This document shows, in pieces, positions 10,375-22,186 of a DNA stretch of 48,552 nucleotides (positions are counted from its first letter, which is position 1; every line of letters begins with the position of its first letter). The notes under the pieces are model-generated. The model worked only from the letters and a program-made list of their open reading frames with translations. It searched no databases and had not been told where the DNA came from. Made by a program: the position numbers and the translations under genes. Source of the DNA: an uncultured SAR86 cluster bacterium (lineage in GTDB: Bacteria; Pseudomonadota; Gammaproteobacteria; Magnimaribacterales; D2472); assembly GCA_902511425.1 (NCBI GenBank), contig CABXFE010000004.1:1-48552 (forward strand). The letters run 5' to 3'.

Positions 10375-12060
10375 ATGATAGCAACAGAGAAAAATAGGAT
10401 TGAGATTTTTACCCAAAAAGGATGGTGGGGAGAAGATACACTATATTCACTATTTCAAGACGCTTTAACTTCTTGTAAGAACCAAGAAGCCCTTGTTGAT
10501 CCTGAAAATCGTGAGGACATTACAGGAGATATTCCTAAGAGATTATCCTTTGATGACATTGATAAAACTGTTGAAAGATATGCAGCTATTTTTTTTGAGC
10601 AAGGCTTAAGAAAAGATGACATTGCCATTATTCAATTGCCAAATGTTGTCGAGCTACCGATGGTTTATCTAGCCTTATCAAAACTTGGAATTATTTGTTC
10701 GCCCATTCCAATGCAATATGGTGCATACGAAATTACTAGCATTATAGCTGAGACTCAACCTAAGGCTTTTATTAGCATAGAAACCTTTAACAGTAATGCT
10801 CATGCTGAACAATTTTCTTCAATATTCAACAATGGAGAAGTTAAGTTTGCATTGGGTGAAATTGAGAATTTCATTAACTTGCATGATTACAATCCTGCTG
10901 ATGAATATTACGAATCTCAACAATCGCATGTTTCAGATAACCCAATCACTGCAAATGATATTTTTACTATCTGCTGGACCTCTGGTACTACTGGAACCCC
11001 AAAGGGTGTTCCGCGTAGCCATAATCTTTGGTTGCCAATGGCTAAAGCTGCAGCATTTGTTTCTGAAACCGAGAAGGGTGACACATTGCTGAATCCTTTT
11101 CCGATGATAAACATGGCGAGCATTGGAGGTTTTTTATTTAATTGGTTGTTATGCAAGGGCAAACTTGTCCAACATCATCCTTTTGATTTAAATGTTTTTC
11201 TGAATCAAATTTCGAGCGAGGATGTTAAATACACCATAGCTCCACCTGCCATTATGAACATGCTACTAAATAATCCAGCTATCCTAGATCAGCAAGATTT
11301 AAGTAGTTTAAGATGCATTGGGTGTGGTGGCGCCCCATTATCAGAATGGATGGTTGAGACATTTCAAAATAAATATAACTTAACCGTTCAAAATATTTTT
11401 GGCTCAAATGAAGGTGCAACACTTCTTAGCGCTCGCAATGAGATTGAAGATCCTCTTTTGCGTGCAAAATATTTTCCTCGTTTTGGAGTAGAAGGGTTTG
11501 ACTGGAGTAACCCAGTATCAAAATTAGTAAGAACAAAATTGGTCAGTGTTGAAACTAATGCTGAAATAATAGAGCCTGGCCAGCCAGGAGAATTGCTCAT
11601 TTCAGGCGCCACAGTTTTTGACGGGTACTGGAATGCCCCAGAAGCTAATGCCGAGGTATTTGATGAAGAAGGCTTTTTTAAGACTGGTGATTTATTTGAA
11701 ATTTCACCAGAAGATACCCAAATGAGATTTTATAAATTTTGCGGTAGATGCAAAGATCTCATTATTCGAGGTGGGATGAATATTTCTCCAGAGGAGTTAG
11801 ATAATCTGCTTAGCGCTCATCCTAAAATGTTGGAAGTTGCTGTAACTGGCTATGATGATAATATTTTAGGAGAAAAAGTTGGAGTTGTAGCTGTGGTTGC
11901 AGAAGGTGAGACTATATCTTTAGACGAAATAATAGAGTTTCTAAAAGACCAACAGATTGCAAAGTACAAAATGCCAGAGGATTTAAGACTGATTGATGCT
12001 TTACCAAAAAACCCTGTTGGTAAAGTTTTAAGACGAGAGCTAAAAGATTTATTTAACTAG
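10375..12060 (+). CDS. acyl-CoA synthetase / class I adenylate-forming enzyme
   Basis: WTSGTTGTPKGV, FGSNEG, GEL, FKTGDL, GR.KDLIIRGGMNISPEE, LPKNPVGKV. Confidence 0.93.
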   Translation: MIATEKNRIEIFTQKGWWGEDTLYSLFQDALTSCKNQEALVDPENREDITGDIPKRLSFDDIDKTVERYAAIFFEQGLRKDDIAIIQLPNVVELPMVYLALSKLGIICSPIPMQYGAYEITSIIAETQPKAFISIETFNSNAHAEQFSSIFNNGEVKFALGEIENFINLHDYNPADEYYESQQSHVSDNPITANDIFTICWTSGTTGTPKGVPRSHNLWLPMAKAAAFVSETEKGDTLLNPFPMINMASIGGFLFNWLLCKGKLVQHHPFDLNVFLNQISSEDVKYTIAPPAIMNMLLNNPAILDQQDLSSLRCIGCGGAPLSEWMVETFQNKYNLTVQNIFGSNEGATLLSARNEIEDPLLRAKYFPRFGVEGFDWSNPVSKLVRTKLVSVETNAEIIEPGQPGELLISGATVFDGYWNAPEANAEVFDEEGFFKTGDLFEISPEDTQMRFYKFCGRCKDLIIRGGMNISPEELDNLLSAHPKMLEVAVTGYDDNILGEKVGVVAVVAEGETISLDEIIEFLKDQQIAKYKMPEDLRLIDALPKNPVGKVLRRELKDLFN

Positions 12061-13292
12061 ATAGTTCCAACAACAAAGCTAACAACTGTTGTAGCGCTTC
12101 CACCAATATTTAAAGTTGATATATTTTTTGCATTTTCAATTTGGTACTCACCCGCATGATCTGTGCATTGTTTGTAGCAATCAAGCAGCATTCTCACACC
12201 CGTTGCGCCTACCGGATGTCCTAAGCCAATAAGTCCACCACTTGCATTGATCGGAATTCTGCCGCCAATCTCAATTTCGCCTGATTCAATTGCTTTCCAG
12301 CTCTCTCCAGGTTTTGTAATGCCAAAATGATCAATTGCCATATATTCAGTTGATGTAAAGCAATCATGAGTCTCAATACCATCTATATCAGCTACACCTT
12401 GCATCCCAGCTCTTGCAAATGCATCATCGATCGCTTTTTTTACATGTGGAAAAATGTAGTCTTTATTCTTACTAAAATCGATTTTTTCTTGATACGTTAT
12501 AGGGCCTGTTTGATGACCCCAGCCTTTGATATAAGGAATGGACTCAATTTCTATTGATTTTGCTTTTGCATATTCTCTAGCTTTTTTTTCACTCGCTAAG
12601 AAAATTATAGCGGCGCCATCGGTTACTTGACCGCAATCCATCTTTCTGGTCCTACCCTCAATTACAGGATTAGCATGATCTGATCTTGTAAAAGTATCCA
12701 ATTCAAAAGTCCATCCTCGCGTTTGTGAATTTGGATTTTTTTTAGCATTACCAAAATTTATCTCTGATATTTTTGAAAGATGATCTTCATTTATGCCATA
12801 TCTTTTATCATATTCATTTGTCAGCTCACTAAACATATGTGGCCAAGGGTATTGTACGCCCTGGCATTCAAAACCTGATCGCATTGCAGGGCCCCCAATA
12901 TTTTGTGCTGCCTGCTCTCCTGGAACATTCCTCATTTGCTCAATGCCTAAGACTGCAGCTACCTCATATCTACCCGATTCAATTTCAGCACAAGCAGCCA
13001 AAGTTGCAATACTGCCAGAAGCACATGCGGCCTCATGTCGTGAAGAGGGCAGTCCAAAAAAATCAGGGTGCGAGGAAACAAAAAAGCCGCCTAAATGGCC
13101 TTGATTGCAAAATAACTCAGCAGTGAAATTTCCAACATGGGCTACATCAATATCTTTTGGCTCTAATTCAACAGAGGATAATCCTTGCGTAATTGTATTC
13201 TCGAATACATCTAAAAGGTCAAGTTCATTTCTGTGCCAGTTCTGAGCAAAGTCAGATTGATAGCCCCCTAGGATGTAGACGCGTTCTTGCAT
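12057..13292 (-). CDS. SCP2/SCPx-type thiolase
   Basis: EAACASG nucleophile, HDCF and GHPVGATG motifs; ILGGYQSDFA N-terminus. Confidence 0.9.
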   Translation of the reverse strand: MQERVYILGGYQSDFAQNWHRNELDLLDVFENTITQGLSSVELEPKDIDVAHVGNFTAELFCNQGHLGGFFVSSHPDFFGLPSSRHEAACASGSIATLAACAEIESGRYEVAAVLGIEQMRNVPGEQAAQNIGGPAMRSGFECQGVQYPWPHMFSELTNEYDKRYGINEDHLSKISEINFGNAKKNPNSQTRGWTFELDTFTRSDHANPVIEGRTRKMDCGQVTDGAAIIFLASEKKAREYAKAKSIEIESIPYIKGWGHQTGPITYQEKIDFSKNKDYIFPHVKKAIDDAFARAGMQGVADIDGIETHDCFTSTEYMAIDHFGITKPGESWKAIESGEIEIGGRIPINASGGLIGLGHPVGATGVRMLLDCYKQCTDHAGEYQIENAKNISTLNIGGSATTVVSFVVGTI

Positions 13293-13395
13293 TCATTAAT
13301 TATATGCATGATTCTCTAACATTCAAAAGAAAAACTCGAGTGAGTAATAATACAAAACTTGTAATAAACTTAAATTTAGATTTTTATTAGATCCT

Positions 13396-14298
13396 ATGCA
13401 AAATGATAAGTTAATTGATCAATTACGATTGCCTGTAATCGTTGCTCCGATGTTCTTGGTTTCTGGGCCAGATTTAGTAATCGCCAGCAGCAATGCAGGA
13501 TTGATTGGCTCTTTCCCAGGACCAAATGCAAGAACTGCTGAGGAGCTTGAAGATTGGATGCATCAAATCAATAACGCTACTTCAAATCCTTGGGCATTTA
13601 ACATGATCACCCACAAGACCTATGATAGGTTTTCAGAGGAATTGGACTTAATTAAAAAGTTCCAACCAAAAATTGTAATCACTGCTTTAGGCAGTCCTGA
13701 AAGAGTGATAGAGGCTGTGCACGGATATGGAGGCAAGGTAATTGCAGATGTTAATAATATTAATTTTGCACGTCGTTGTGCAGAGATGGCTGTTGATGGC
13801 ATGGCTCTTATTTGCCATGGAGCGGGAGGCCACACTGGGCACCTTTCCCCATTTTCATTTAGTGCTTATGTGAGAGAGTTTTTTGATGGTCTAATCGTTT
13901 TAGCAGGCTCAATTTCTACTGGGCAACATATTAAAGCAGCTCAATTATTAAGTGCAGATCTATGTTACATGGGTACAAGGTTCATTTCAGCTCAAGAAAG
14001 CAACGCAGTTGATGAATATAAATCTATGATCATTAATTCAACATATGATGATTTGAGAATGACGAATCTATTCACTGGCGCCCAAGCTTATTATTTAAAA
14101 GATAGCATTATTAAAAATAATTTAGATCCAGATAACTTGGACTCAAATACAGAGGGTTTTAATGTTTCAGCCTCCCAGGACAAAATTAAAGCTTGGAAAG
14201 ATATTTGGTCAGCCGGACAGGGCGTTGGTTTAATTAAAAATATAGAAAGCGTAGAATCTATAGTAGAAAAACTTGAATCTGAGTTTCTTCGGGGGTAG
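13396..14298 (+). CDS. nitronate monooxygenase / FabK-like FMN oxidoreductase
   Basis: LPVIVAPMFLVS, GAGGHTG, YMGTRFI...ES, WKDIWSAGQGVG. Confidence 0.9.
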   Translation: MQNDKLIDQLRLPVIVAPMFLVSGPDLVIASSNAGLIGSFPGPNARTAEELEDWMHQINNATSNPWAFNMITHKTYDRFSEELDLIKKFQPKIVITALGSPERVIEAVHGYGGKVIADVNNINFARRCAEMAVDGMALICHGAGGHTGHLSPFSFSAYVREFFDGLIVLAGSISTGQHIKAAQLLSADLCYMGTRFISAQESNAVDEYKSMIINSTYDDLRMTNLFTGAQAYYLKDSIIKNNLDPDNLDSNTEGFNVSASQDKIKAWKDIWSAGQGVGLIKNIESVESIVEKLESEFLRG

Positions 14299-14301
14299 AG
14301 A

Positions 14302-15759
14302 ATGGAAATTAAAAAAACAAATACCATTAAATCATCAATAAAAACTCATGATCATCCATATTTAAAGGATGCATGGATACCAAATTATGATGAATACGAG
14401 GCTGATGATTTAAAAGCACTTGGCGATATTCCTAAGGACATAGAGGGTGCTTACTATAGAAATACTGAAAATCAAGTGCATGAGCCTATTGGACGTTTTC
14501 ATCCTTTTGATGGAGATGCAATGATTCATTCAATTAACTTTGATAATGGAAAAGTTAACTATGTTAATAAATTTGTAAAGACTGAAGGCTTTTTGGTCGA
14601 GCAAGAAATGGGCAAGTCTATGTGGGCTGGCTTGATGGAAAGAACAGGCTCATCAAAATTACCAGGCTGGGGAGCTCAAGGCGGTATCAAGGATTCATCT
14701 TCGACGGATATCATAGTTCATGCTGGCGAACCTCTAACAACCTTTTATCAATGTGGGGAAGGATATCAACTAAATCCCTATTCACTTGATACTGAGCAAA
14801 AAGCATCATGGGTTCCAGTTGGCGGCGTATCAGCACATCCAAAAGTCGATATTTCAACTGGCGAGTTACTTTTTTTTAATTATTCAAAGCAATCTCCTTA
14901 TTTAAATTATGGCGTTGTGGATAAAAATCAAAACTTAAAACATTTTGTTCCAATTGAACTTCCAGGACCAAGACTTCCTCATGATATGGCCTTTAGCAAA
15001 AACTATTCAATCATTAATGATCTTCCTCTTTTTTGGGATCAAGAGATGCTCAAAAAAGGAATTCATGCCACAAGATTACATGACTTGCCTTCAAGATTTG
15101 CGGTTATTCCAAGATATGGCAATCCAGAAGACATTAAATGGTTTGAAGCCGATCCAACCTATGTTCTTCATTGGAACAATGCTTATGAAATAGGTGACGA
15201 ATTAATTCTGGAGGGATACTTTCAAGAACATCCTTGGCCAGAAAATTATGTCGATGCGCCACCAGGACTTGAGCGTATGATGGCTTTTTTAGATTTTTCG
15301 CTGCTAAAACCAAGACTGCATAGATGGAAATTTAATCTAAAAACTGGAGCGACAACTGAAGAAGATATTTGTAATGAAACAATTGAGTTTGGTGTCATAA
15401 ATCAGCACATTGCAGGTTTGGAGCACAGATACACTTACAGTATGGTTCCAACTAAGGGACATTTTACTTTTGATGGGATCACCAAACACGATCATCAAAA
15501 AAAATCTTTAACTAAATACATTTTTCCAGAACATATTTTTATTAGTGAAGTTAGCTTTGCACCTAAAACAAATGGAATTGATGAAGATGATGGATATTTA
15601 GTAACTATTAGTAATGATGTCAGAGAAAAGAGCTCATCGTGCTTGTTGTTTGATGCTAAGAATATTGAACAGGGGCCAGTTTGCGATATTCCTCTACCAC
15701 ATCAAATTTGTTCCGGCACCCATGCAACCTGGGCTCAAAAAAGCGATTTAAAATCATAA
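14302..15759 (+). CDS. carotenoid oxygenase (RPE65/CCO) family dioxygenase
   Basis: HPFDGD and EDDGYLV motifs; four Fe-ligand His (SAHPK, LPHDM, VLHW, GTHATW). Confidence 0.93.
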   Translation: MEIKKTNTIKSSIKTHDHPYLKDAWIPNYDEYEADDLKALGDIPKDIEGAYYRNTENQVHEPIGRFHPFDGDAMIHSINFDNGKVNYVNKFVKTEGFLVEQEMGKSMWAGLMERTGSSKLPGWGAQGGIKDSSSTDIIVHAGEPLTTFYQCGEGYQLNPYSLDTEQKASWVPVGGVSAHPKVDISTGELLFFNYSKQSPYLNYGVVDKNQNLKHFVPIELPGPRLPHDMAFSKNYSIINDLPLFWDQEMLKKGIHATRLHDLPSRFAVIPRYGNPEDIKWFEADPTYVLHWNNAYEIGDELILEGYFQEHPWPENYVDAPPGLERMMAFLDFSLLKPRLHRWKFNLKTGATTEEDICNETIEFGVINQHIAGLEHRYTYSMVPTKGHFTFDGITKHDHQKKSLTKYIFPEHIFISEVSFAPKTNGIDEDDGYLVTISNDVREKSSSCLLFDAKNIEQGPVCDIPLPHQICSGTHATWAQKSDLKS

Positions 15760-15763
15760 ATTT

Positions 15764-16963
15764 ATGAATCCTATTTATATTGTTGATTCAATAAGAACGC
15801 CTAGAGCTCGAGCAAATCAAAAAGGTGGACTTAATAAGCTCAATCCATATGAATTATTAGATTTTTTGTATAAGGATATTGAGTCTAAAAATTTCTTCAA
15901 TTTAAAATCTATCGATGAAGTGATATTGGGTTGTGTCACTCAATTTGGGGAGCAAGCTGGTAATATTGCAAAAGCTTCTTCTTTATTTTCTGGGTATCCA
16001 GATTCAATTTCTGGTCTAACTATAAATAGGTTTTGTTCCTCAAGCTTGGATGCAATAAATTTAGCTTGTTTGAAGGTTCAATCTCAGCAGGCAAATAATG
16101 TTATTGCAGGTGGAGTAGAAATGATGTCCAGGGTACCCATGCTTTCTGATGAAGCAGCAATTTGGAATGATATTGAGATAGCTGAAAGAGCAAAAATTTT
16201 TTTAATGGGCAGTGGAGCTGATCTGATTGCCAGTCTTTTTAATATTTCAAGAGATGATGTAGACAAGCAAGCACTAAAATCTCAGCAACATGCATTAAAT
16301 GCTCAAAAAAATAATTACTTTAAGTCAATAATTCCAGTTACATCTAAGAATAAATTAATTCACTGTGTTGAGGATGAATGCATTAGGCCTGATACAACCC
16401 TAGAAAGCTTGGCTTTATTAGAGCCCAGTTTTAAGAGGCTAGGAGAGAAGGGAGTCGACCACGCTCAATTAGATCTTTTTCGTAACTTAAAAGAGATCTC
16501 TCATGTGCATACAGCCGGCAACTCTCCGGCAATGGCAGATGCTGCATCTATGACGTTACTTTCAAATAAAAAAATTCAGGAAAATGGACACAGAGCTAGA
16601 GCAAAAATTATTTCTGTTGCTACAGTAAATGATGACCCTTTATTGGTTTTGTCAGGTTGCATCTTAGCTACGCAAAAAATACTTTCACAAAATAATTTAA
16701 AAGTTTCAGATGTGGATTTATTTGAAATACATGAAGCTTTCGCATCGACAATGATTCATTGTCAGCAAGAATTAAAAATTGATGATGATAAATTAAATGT
16801 TAATGGTGGCTGCATTGCGCTTGGTCATCCCATGGGAGCCACCGGCTCAATAATGATGTCGACATTGGTTGATGAGCTTGAAAGACAAGATCTTTCAATC
16901 GGAATTGTTGCAACTAGTGGTGCGGCTGGAGCTGGAACAGCTATTTTAATTGAGAGGATATAA
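15764..16963 (+). CDS. thiolase-family protein with atypical active site
   Basis: IRTPR, NRFCSSS, AGGVEMMS, HTAGNSP.MAD, HEAF, NVNGG.IALGHPMGATG. The C-terminal CxG Cys is absent. Confidence 0.88.
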   Translation: MNPIYIVDSIRTPRARANQKGGLNKLNPYELLDFLYKDIESKNFFNLKSIDEVILGCVTQFGEQAGNIAKASSLFSGYPDSISGLTINRFCSSSLDAINLACLKVQSQQANNVIAGGVEMMSRVPMLSDEAAIWNDIEIAERAKIFLMGSGADLIASLFNISRDDVDKQALKSQQHALNAQKNNYFKSIIPVTSKNKLIHCVEDECIRPDTTLESLALLEPSFKRLGEKGVDHAQLDLFRNLKEISHVHTAGNSPAMADAASMTLLSNKKIQENGHRARAKIISVATVNDDPLLVLSGCILATQKILSQNNLKVSDVDLFEIHEAFASTMIHCQQELKIDDDKLNVNGGCIALGHPMGATGSIMMSTLVDELERQDLSIGIVATSGAAGAGTAILIERI

Positions 16964-16991
16964 AAAAGCCCCACTATAAAGTGAGGCTTTT
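16962..16991. terminator. intrinsic terminator between convergent genes (best on minus strand)
   Basis: Minus strand AAAAGCCTCAC-TTTATA-GTGGGGCTTTTTT hairpin with U-tract; T-tract also on the plus side. Confidence 0.8.
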
Positions 16992-17010
16992 GTATTATTT
17001 ATTAAATAGA

Positions 17011-19299
17011 TTAAAAATTGTAATCTAACTTAATAGCAATGTTTTTTGGTCTAGCATAGATTGCATCGTAGGCTATTCCATCAAGAGCTCCACCTGAAGC
17101 TAGTCTAACAAATGTTCTTGCAAGTGGAATGGTTCCACCAACAACTTTAATTCGTTCGTCAGTCAGGTTATCACCAATCAAGGACACTCTCCATTTGCCA
17201 TCTGCACTTGTTAAGCCAAGCACCAAACCAACTTTTGAGTAGCCACTTTCTTTGATATTTTTATCAAGGTTAGTAGTGATGAAGTACTCTGAAGAATAAT
17301 CAACATTTAAATTAGCATCAAATACCCAGCTATTAGATAAAACAGCATCGTATGCAAATCCAGCATTCGCTGTATCTTCAGGAGCCAGAATAACGCTGGC
17401 ACCAGATCTGTCACAATAAATACCATTAGTAGCAGCTTCGCCATATGCGCACTGACTATTTTTCCAATCAGTAAATTTATAGTCTAGGCTGGCCATAGAG
17501 GCATAGAATTCTAAGTTGTCAGTAATAAGATACCTACCTTGCATTTCAAAGCCATCTAATTCTGCAGCGGATGCATTACCAACTTTAAAACCTAATACGC
17601 CATCAAATACACTGGTTTGCAGGTCATCATATTCAGTTGTGAAATAGGTGAAATCAAATGAAGCCCTATCTGATTTCATCTTATAGCCCCATTCAATATT
17701 AGTCGCATTTTCTTCTTCAAACTCCCATCCTCCGTAGCTTGCCACAAATGGAGTTCCTGGAATTGAATTACCTCGAATATCAAAACCTCCAGCTTTAGAG
17801 CCCTCAGTGTATGAAACATACATTTGAGAGTTATCACTTAAGTCATAACTTAATCGAACCATTGGATCAAATGAGTTTTCACTTCTGCTGCTGGCTATGC
17901 TGTGAGGACCAACATTAAGAACTGCTGCCCATAAAGCGGGTAACATTGGCGAACCATCAAGCACTGTACCAGTTCCATCTAGGGTTAGGTCTCTACTGCC
18001 GTCTTTATCTTCACTAGAGTATCTAGCACCCAATGTTAATCTCCAATTACCTTCAAGGTTAATATCTGCTTGCCCAAAAACAGAATACATATCTGAGGAT
18101 TGTGCATATAGTCTGTCCCAATTTGTTCCAACCAATGATGAAATTGGAGGTCCTGCTAGAGCAAGAAAAGAGCCCAATGGAACGTAATCTGTGACATCAA
18201 CATCAGCAGTTTGGAAGTATGCCCCTACGATATAGTCAACATCTTCTCCACCAGGTGAGGTGTAACGAATTTCTTGAGACCATTGATCATACTTTTCCGT
18301 TTGATTTGTACCATCTAATATCTCAAGACCCACGTAGTCCACATCTAGAACCTCATATGAATCATATTCGACATGAGCCGTAATTGAAGTAAGAGTTCCT
18401 CCACCATCCATTGGATAATTAGCAGTTAGGACAAAATTATCCATGGTATTTTGGCTAAAAGTTTCGCCACTTGATCTAACCCAGTCCTCATTAGTTTCAA
18501 CTGCAATGGGTCCTGCAAACACTAGTCCATAACCATCTTGCGGAGCAATAGCTTCCATGGCATAGCCTACAGAGTCAAAATCAGCAGTCTCAACTTTAAG
18601 GTTGTAATCAACATCACCAGATGTCCAGGCAAGCTGACCTCTGATGTATGTTTCATCTCTTTGTGGCTCAAGTCTTTTCATGTTTGTATTTGTAATCCAT
18701 CCATCCATTTCTCTTGTAGAAACAGTTAACCTTCCAAGAAGGTTGTCAGATAGAGCTCCGGATAAGACTAAAAGTGATTGATCTTCACCATGTTCAGATT
18801 CATGAGATGTAGAAAATTTACCTTCAAACTCCTCAGTTGGTTTCGCTGAGGTCACACTAACAGCTCCACCAATAGCATTCTTACCAAACAAAGTTGGCTG
18901 AGGGCCTCTTAAAACCTCAACTCGCTCAAGATCAACAAGCGGAGTCCTTGCCAATTGACTTCTAGGATAAACAACACCATCAAAGTTCATTGGTACAGAT
19001 TGCTCAAAACCTTTGTTGGCGCCTGATCTAACTCCGCGAATAGAAATTGAAGTATCGATTTGTGTTTCAACCACCATAAAGTTTGGAACAGAAGCTGAGA
19101 GTGTTTGAAGGTTATCAACACTTCTATCAGCAATGTCTTCTCCAGCAATGGCTGATACAGAAATTGGCACATCTTGCAGGCTCTGTTCTCTAATCTGAGC
19201 AGTAACCACAACCTCTTCAAGAACTTGTGTAAAGGCCAAAGGTGCCCAAGCAAATAAAATGGTCGCAAAGACCGCATTAAAAAGACGTTTACTTAACAT
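17011..19299 (-). CDS. TonB-dependent outer-membrane receptor
   Basis: Signal peptide; LEEVVVTAQ.REQSLQDVPISV; plug DLERVEVLRGPQ.TLFGKNAIGGAV; G.KAGGF; C-terminal DYNF; SD AAGGGG. Confidence 0.96.
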   Translation of the reverse strand: MLSKRLFNAVFATILFAWAPLAFTQVLEEVVVTAQIREQSLQDVPISVSAIAGEDIADRSVDNLQTLSASVPNFMVVETQIDTSISIRGVRSGANKGFEQSVPMNFDGVVYPRSQLARTPLVDLERVEVLRGPQPTLFGKNAIGGAVSVTSAKPTEEFEGKFSTSHESEHGEDQSLLVLSGALSDNLLGRLTVSTREMDGWITNTNMKRLEPQRDETYIRGQLAWTSGDVDYNLKVETADFDSVGYAMEAIAPQDGYGLVFAGPIAVETNEDWVRSSGETFSQNTMDNFVLTANYPMDGGGTLTSITAHVEYDSYEVLDVDYVGLEILDGTNQTEKYDQWSQEIRYTSPGGEDVDYIVGAYFQTADVDVTDYVPLGSFLALAGPPISSLVGTNWDRLYAQSSDMYSVFGQADINLEGNWRLTLGARYSSEDKDGSRDLTLDGTGTVLDGSPMLPALWAAVLNVGPHSIASSRSENSFDPMVRLSYDLSDNSQMYVSYTEGSKAGGFDIRGNSIPGTPFVASYGGWEFEEENATNIEWGYKMKSDRASFDFTYFTTEYDDLQTSVFDGVLGFKVGNASAAELDGFEMQGRYLITDNLEFYASMASLDYKFTDWKNSQCAYGEAATNGIYCDRSGASVILAPEDTANAGFAYDAVLSNSWVFDANLNVDYSSEYFITTNLDKNIKESGYSKVGLVLGLTSADGKWRVSLIGDNLTDERIKVVGGTIPLARTFVRLASGGALDGIAYDAIYARPKNIAIKLDYNF

Positions 19300-19416
19300 A
19301 TATCCCCTTATATATAAAAAATTTAGGTAATGATAACTAAATTGAATACATATGACTATTTTTTTACTATTAAGTAAATTTAATTGAATTCTTGTGAAAG
19401 AACGAATCCAAAGGAG

Positions 19417-20448
19417 CTATTGCCTGATAGCATCAATCATGACCTGTACTTTTTCAGGATCAATATTAGGTGTTATGCCATGACCAAGATTAAAAATAAA
19501 CCCTGGATAATCTTTCATGATGGTACAAATTCTTTGAGTTTCTTCCAAGATTAATTCATCAGACTCGAGCAAAACTTTGGGGTCAAGGTTTCCTTGTATA
19601 GCGAATAAATCTTTAAAATTTTTAGATATGCTTTCAATGTCTTCTTTCCAATAAAGACTGATGCATGTGATCTCATCAAAAATAATATTTTCAACTTTAT
19701 TGTTAGGAGATTTCTCAAATAAGATAATCGGAATGCTTGCTGTTAGCGGATCTTCCTTTAAGAGCTTGCAAAGCATTCGAGTGTATTTTAAAGAAAATTT
19801 TTCTAGCTCAGCGTCTGATAACAAATCTGCCCATGAATCAAAGATCTGCAGAGCGCTCACTCCACTCAGGACTTGTTGTCTTAAATATTCATAACAAGCA
19901 TTGCTGAGAATTTGAAGAAAATCTTGAAGTTCATCTGGATGCTCTCTCAAAAAAGTTTTAGTTTTATGAAAATCCTTTGATCCTCCACCTTCAATTGAAT
20001 ATGCTGCTAGCGTCCAAGGGCTTCCACAAAAACCAATAAGGGGAATATCTTGCGGTAATTGACTCCTGGTCTCTTCAACTGCTTTAAATACGTAATTTAG
20101 ATTATTGACATCGAATGAGGGTAATTTTTTTATGTCTTGCGGGTGTGATATTGGATTGCTAAATTTTGGTCCTTCACCTTCATGAAAAGCAAGACCGAGA
20201 TCTAATGCATCAGGTATTGTCAGAATATCTGAAAAAAGAATAGAAGCATCCAACCCAAACCTATCAATTGGCTGCAATGCCAATTCTGCGCATGTCTTAG
20301 GCTGTTTACACATATCTAAAAAATTAGAATAATTTTTTCTGATTTTTTGATATTCAGGTAGATACCTGCCTGCCTGACGCATAAACCATACAGGAGGGGT
20401 TGTGTTAGGTTGAAGGTTAAGTGCCCTTAAAAATTTAGAATCTTTCAT
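19417..20448 (-). CDS. hemE: uroporphyrinogen decarboxylase
   Basis: PVWFMRQAGRYLPEY, ILFSDIL, IGFCGSPWTLAAY, QIFDSW, QGNLDP, IFNLGHGI. Confidence 0.98.
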   Translation of the reverse strand: MKDSKFLRALNLQPNTTPPVWFMRQAGRYLPEYQKIRKNYSNFLDMCKQPKTCAELALQPIDRFGLDASILFSDILTIPDALDLGLAFHEGEGPKFSNPISHPQDIKKLPSFDVNNLNYVFKAVEETRSQLPQDIPLIGFCGSPWTLAAYSIEGGGSKDFHKTKTFLREHPDELQDFLQILSNACYEYLRQQVLSGVSALQIFDSWADLLSDAELEKFSLKYTRMLCKLLKEDPLTASIPIILFEKSPNNKVENIIFDEITCISLYWKEDIESISKNFKDLFAIQGNLDPKVLLESDELILEETQRICTIMKDYPGFIFNLGHGITPNIDPEKVQVMIDAIRQ

Positions 20449-22183
<1,735 letters not shown>

Positions 22184-22186
22184 TAA

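Noticed and set aside
13193-13390. 65-aa ORF spanning the thiolase/NMO divergent region
   Set aside because: Overlaps the thiolase start and covers the presumed promoter; no motif or SD
19326-19344. Fur box upstream of the TonB receptor (GGTAATGATAACTAAATTG)
   Set aside because: Only 12/19 match, in very AT-rich DNA
2822-19416. Genomic island integrated at tRNA-Ile2
   Set aside because: No integrase gene, no duplicated tRNA 3' end seen near 19300-19416, and no obvious compositional shift by eye
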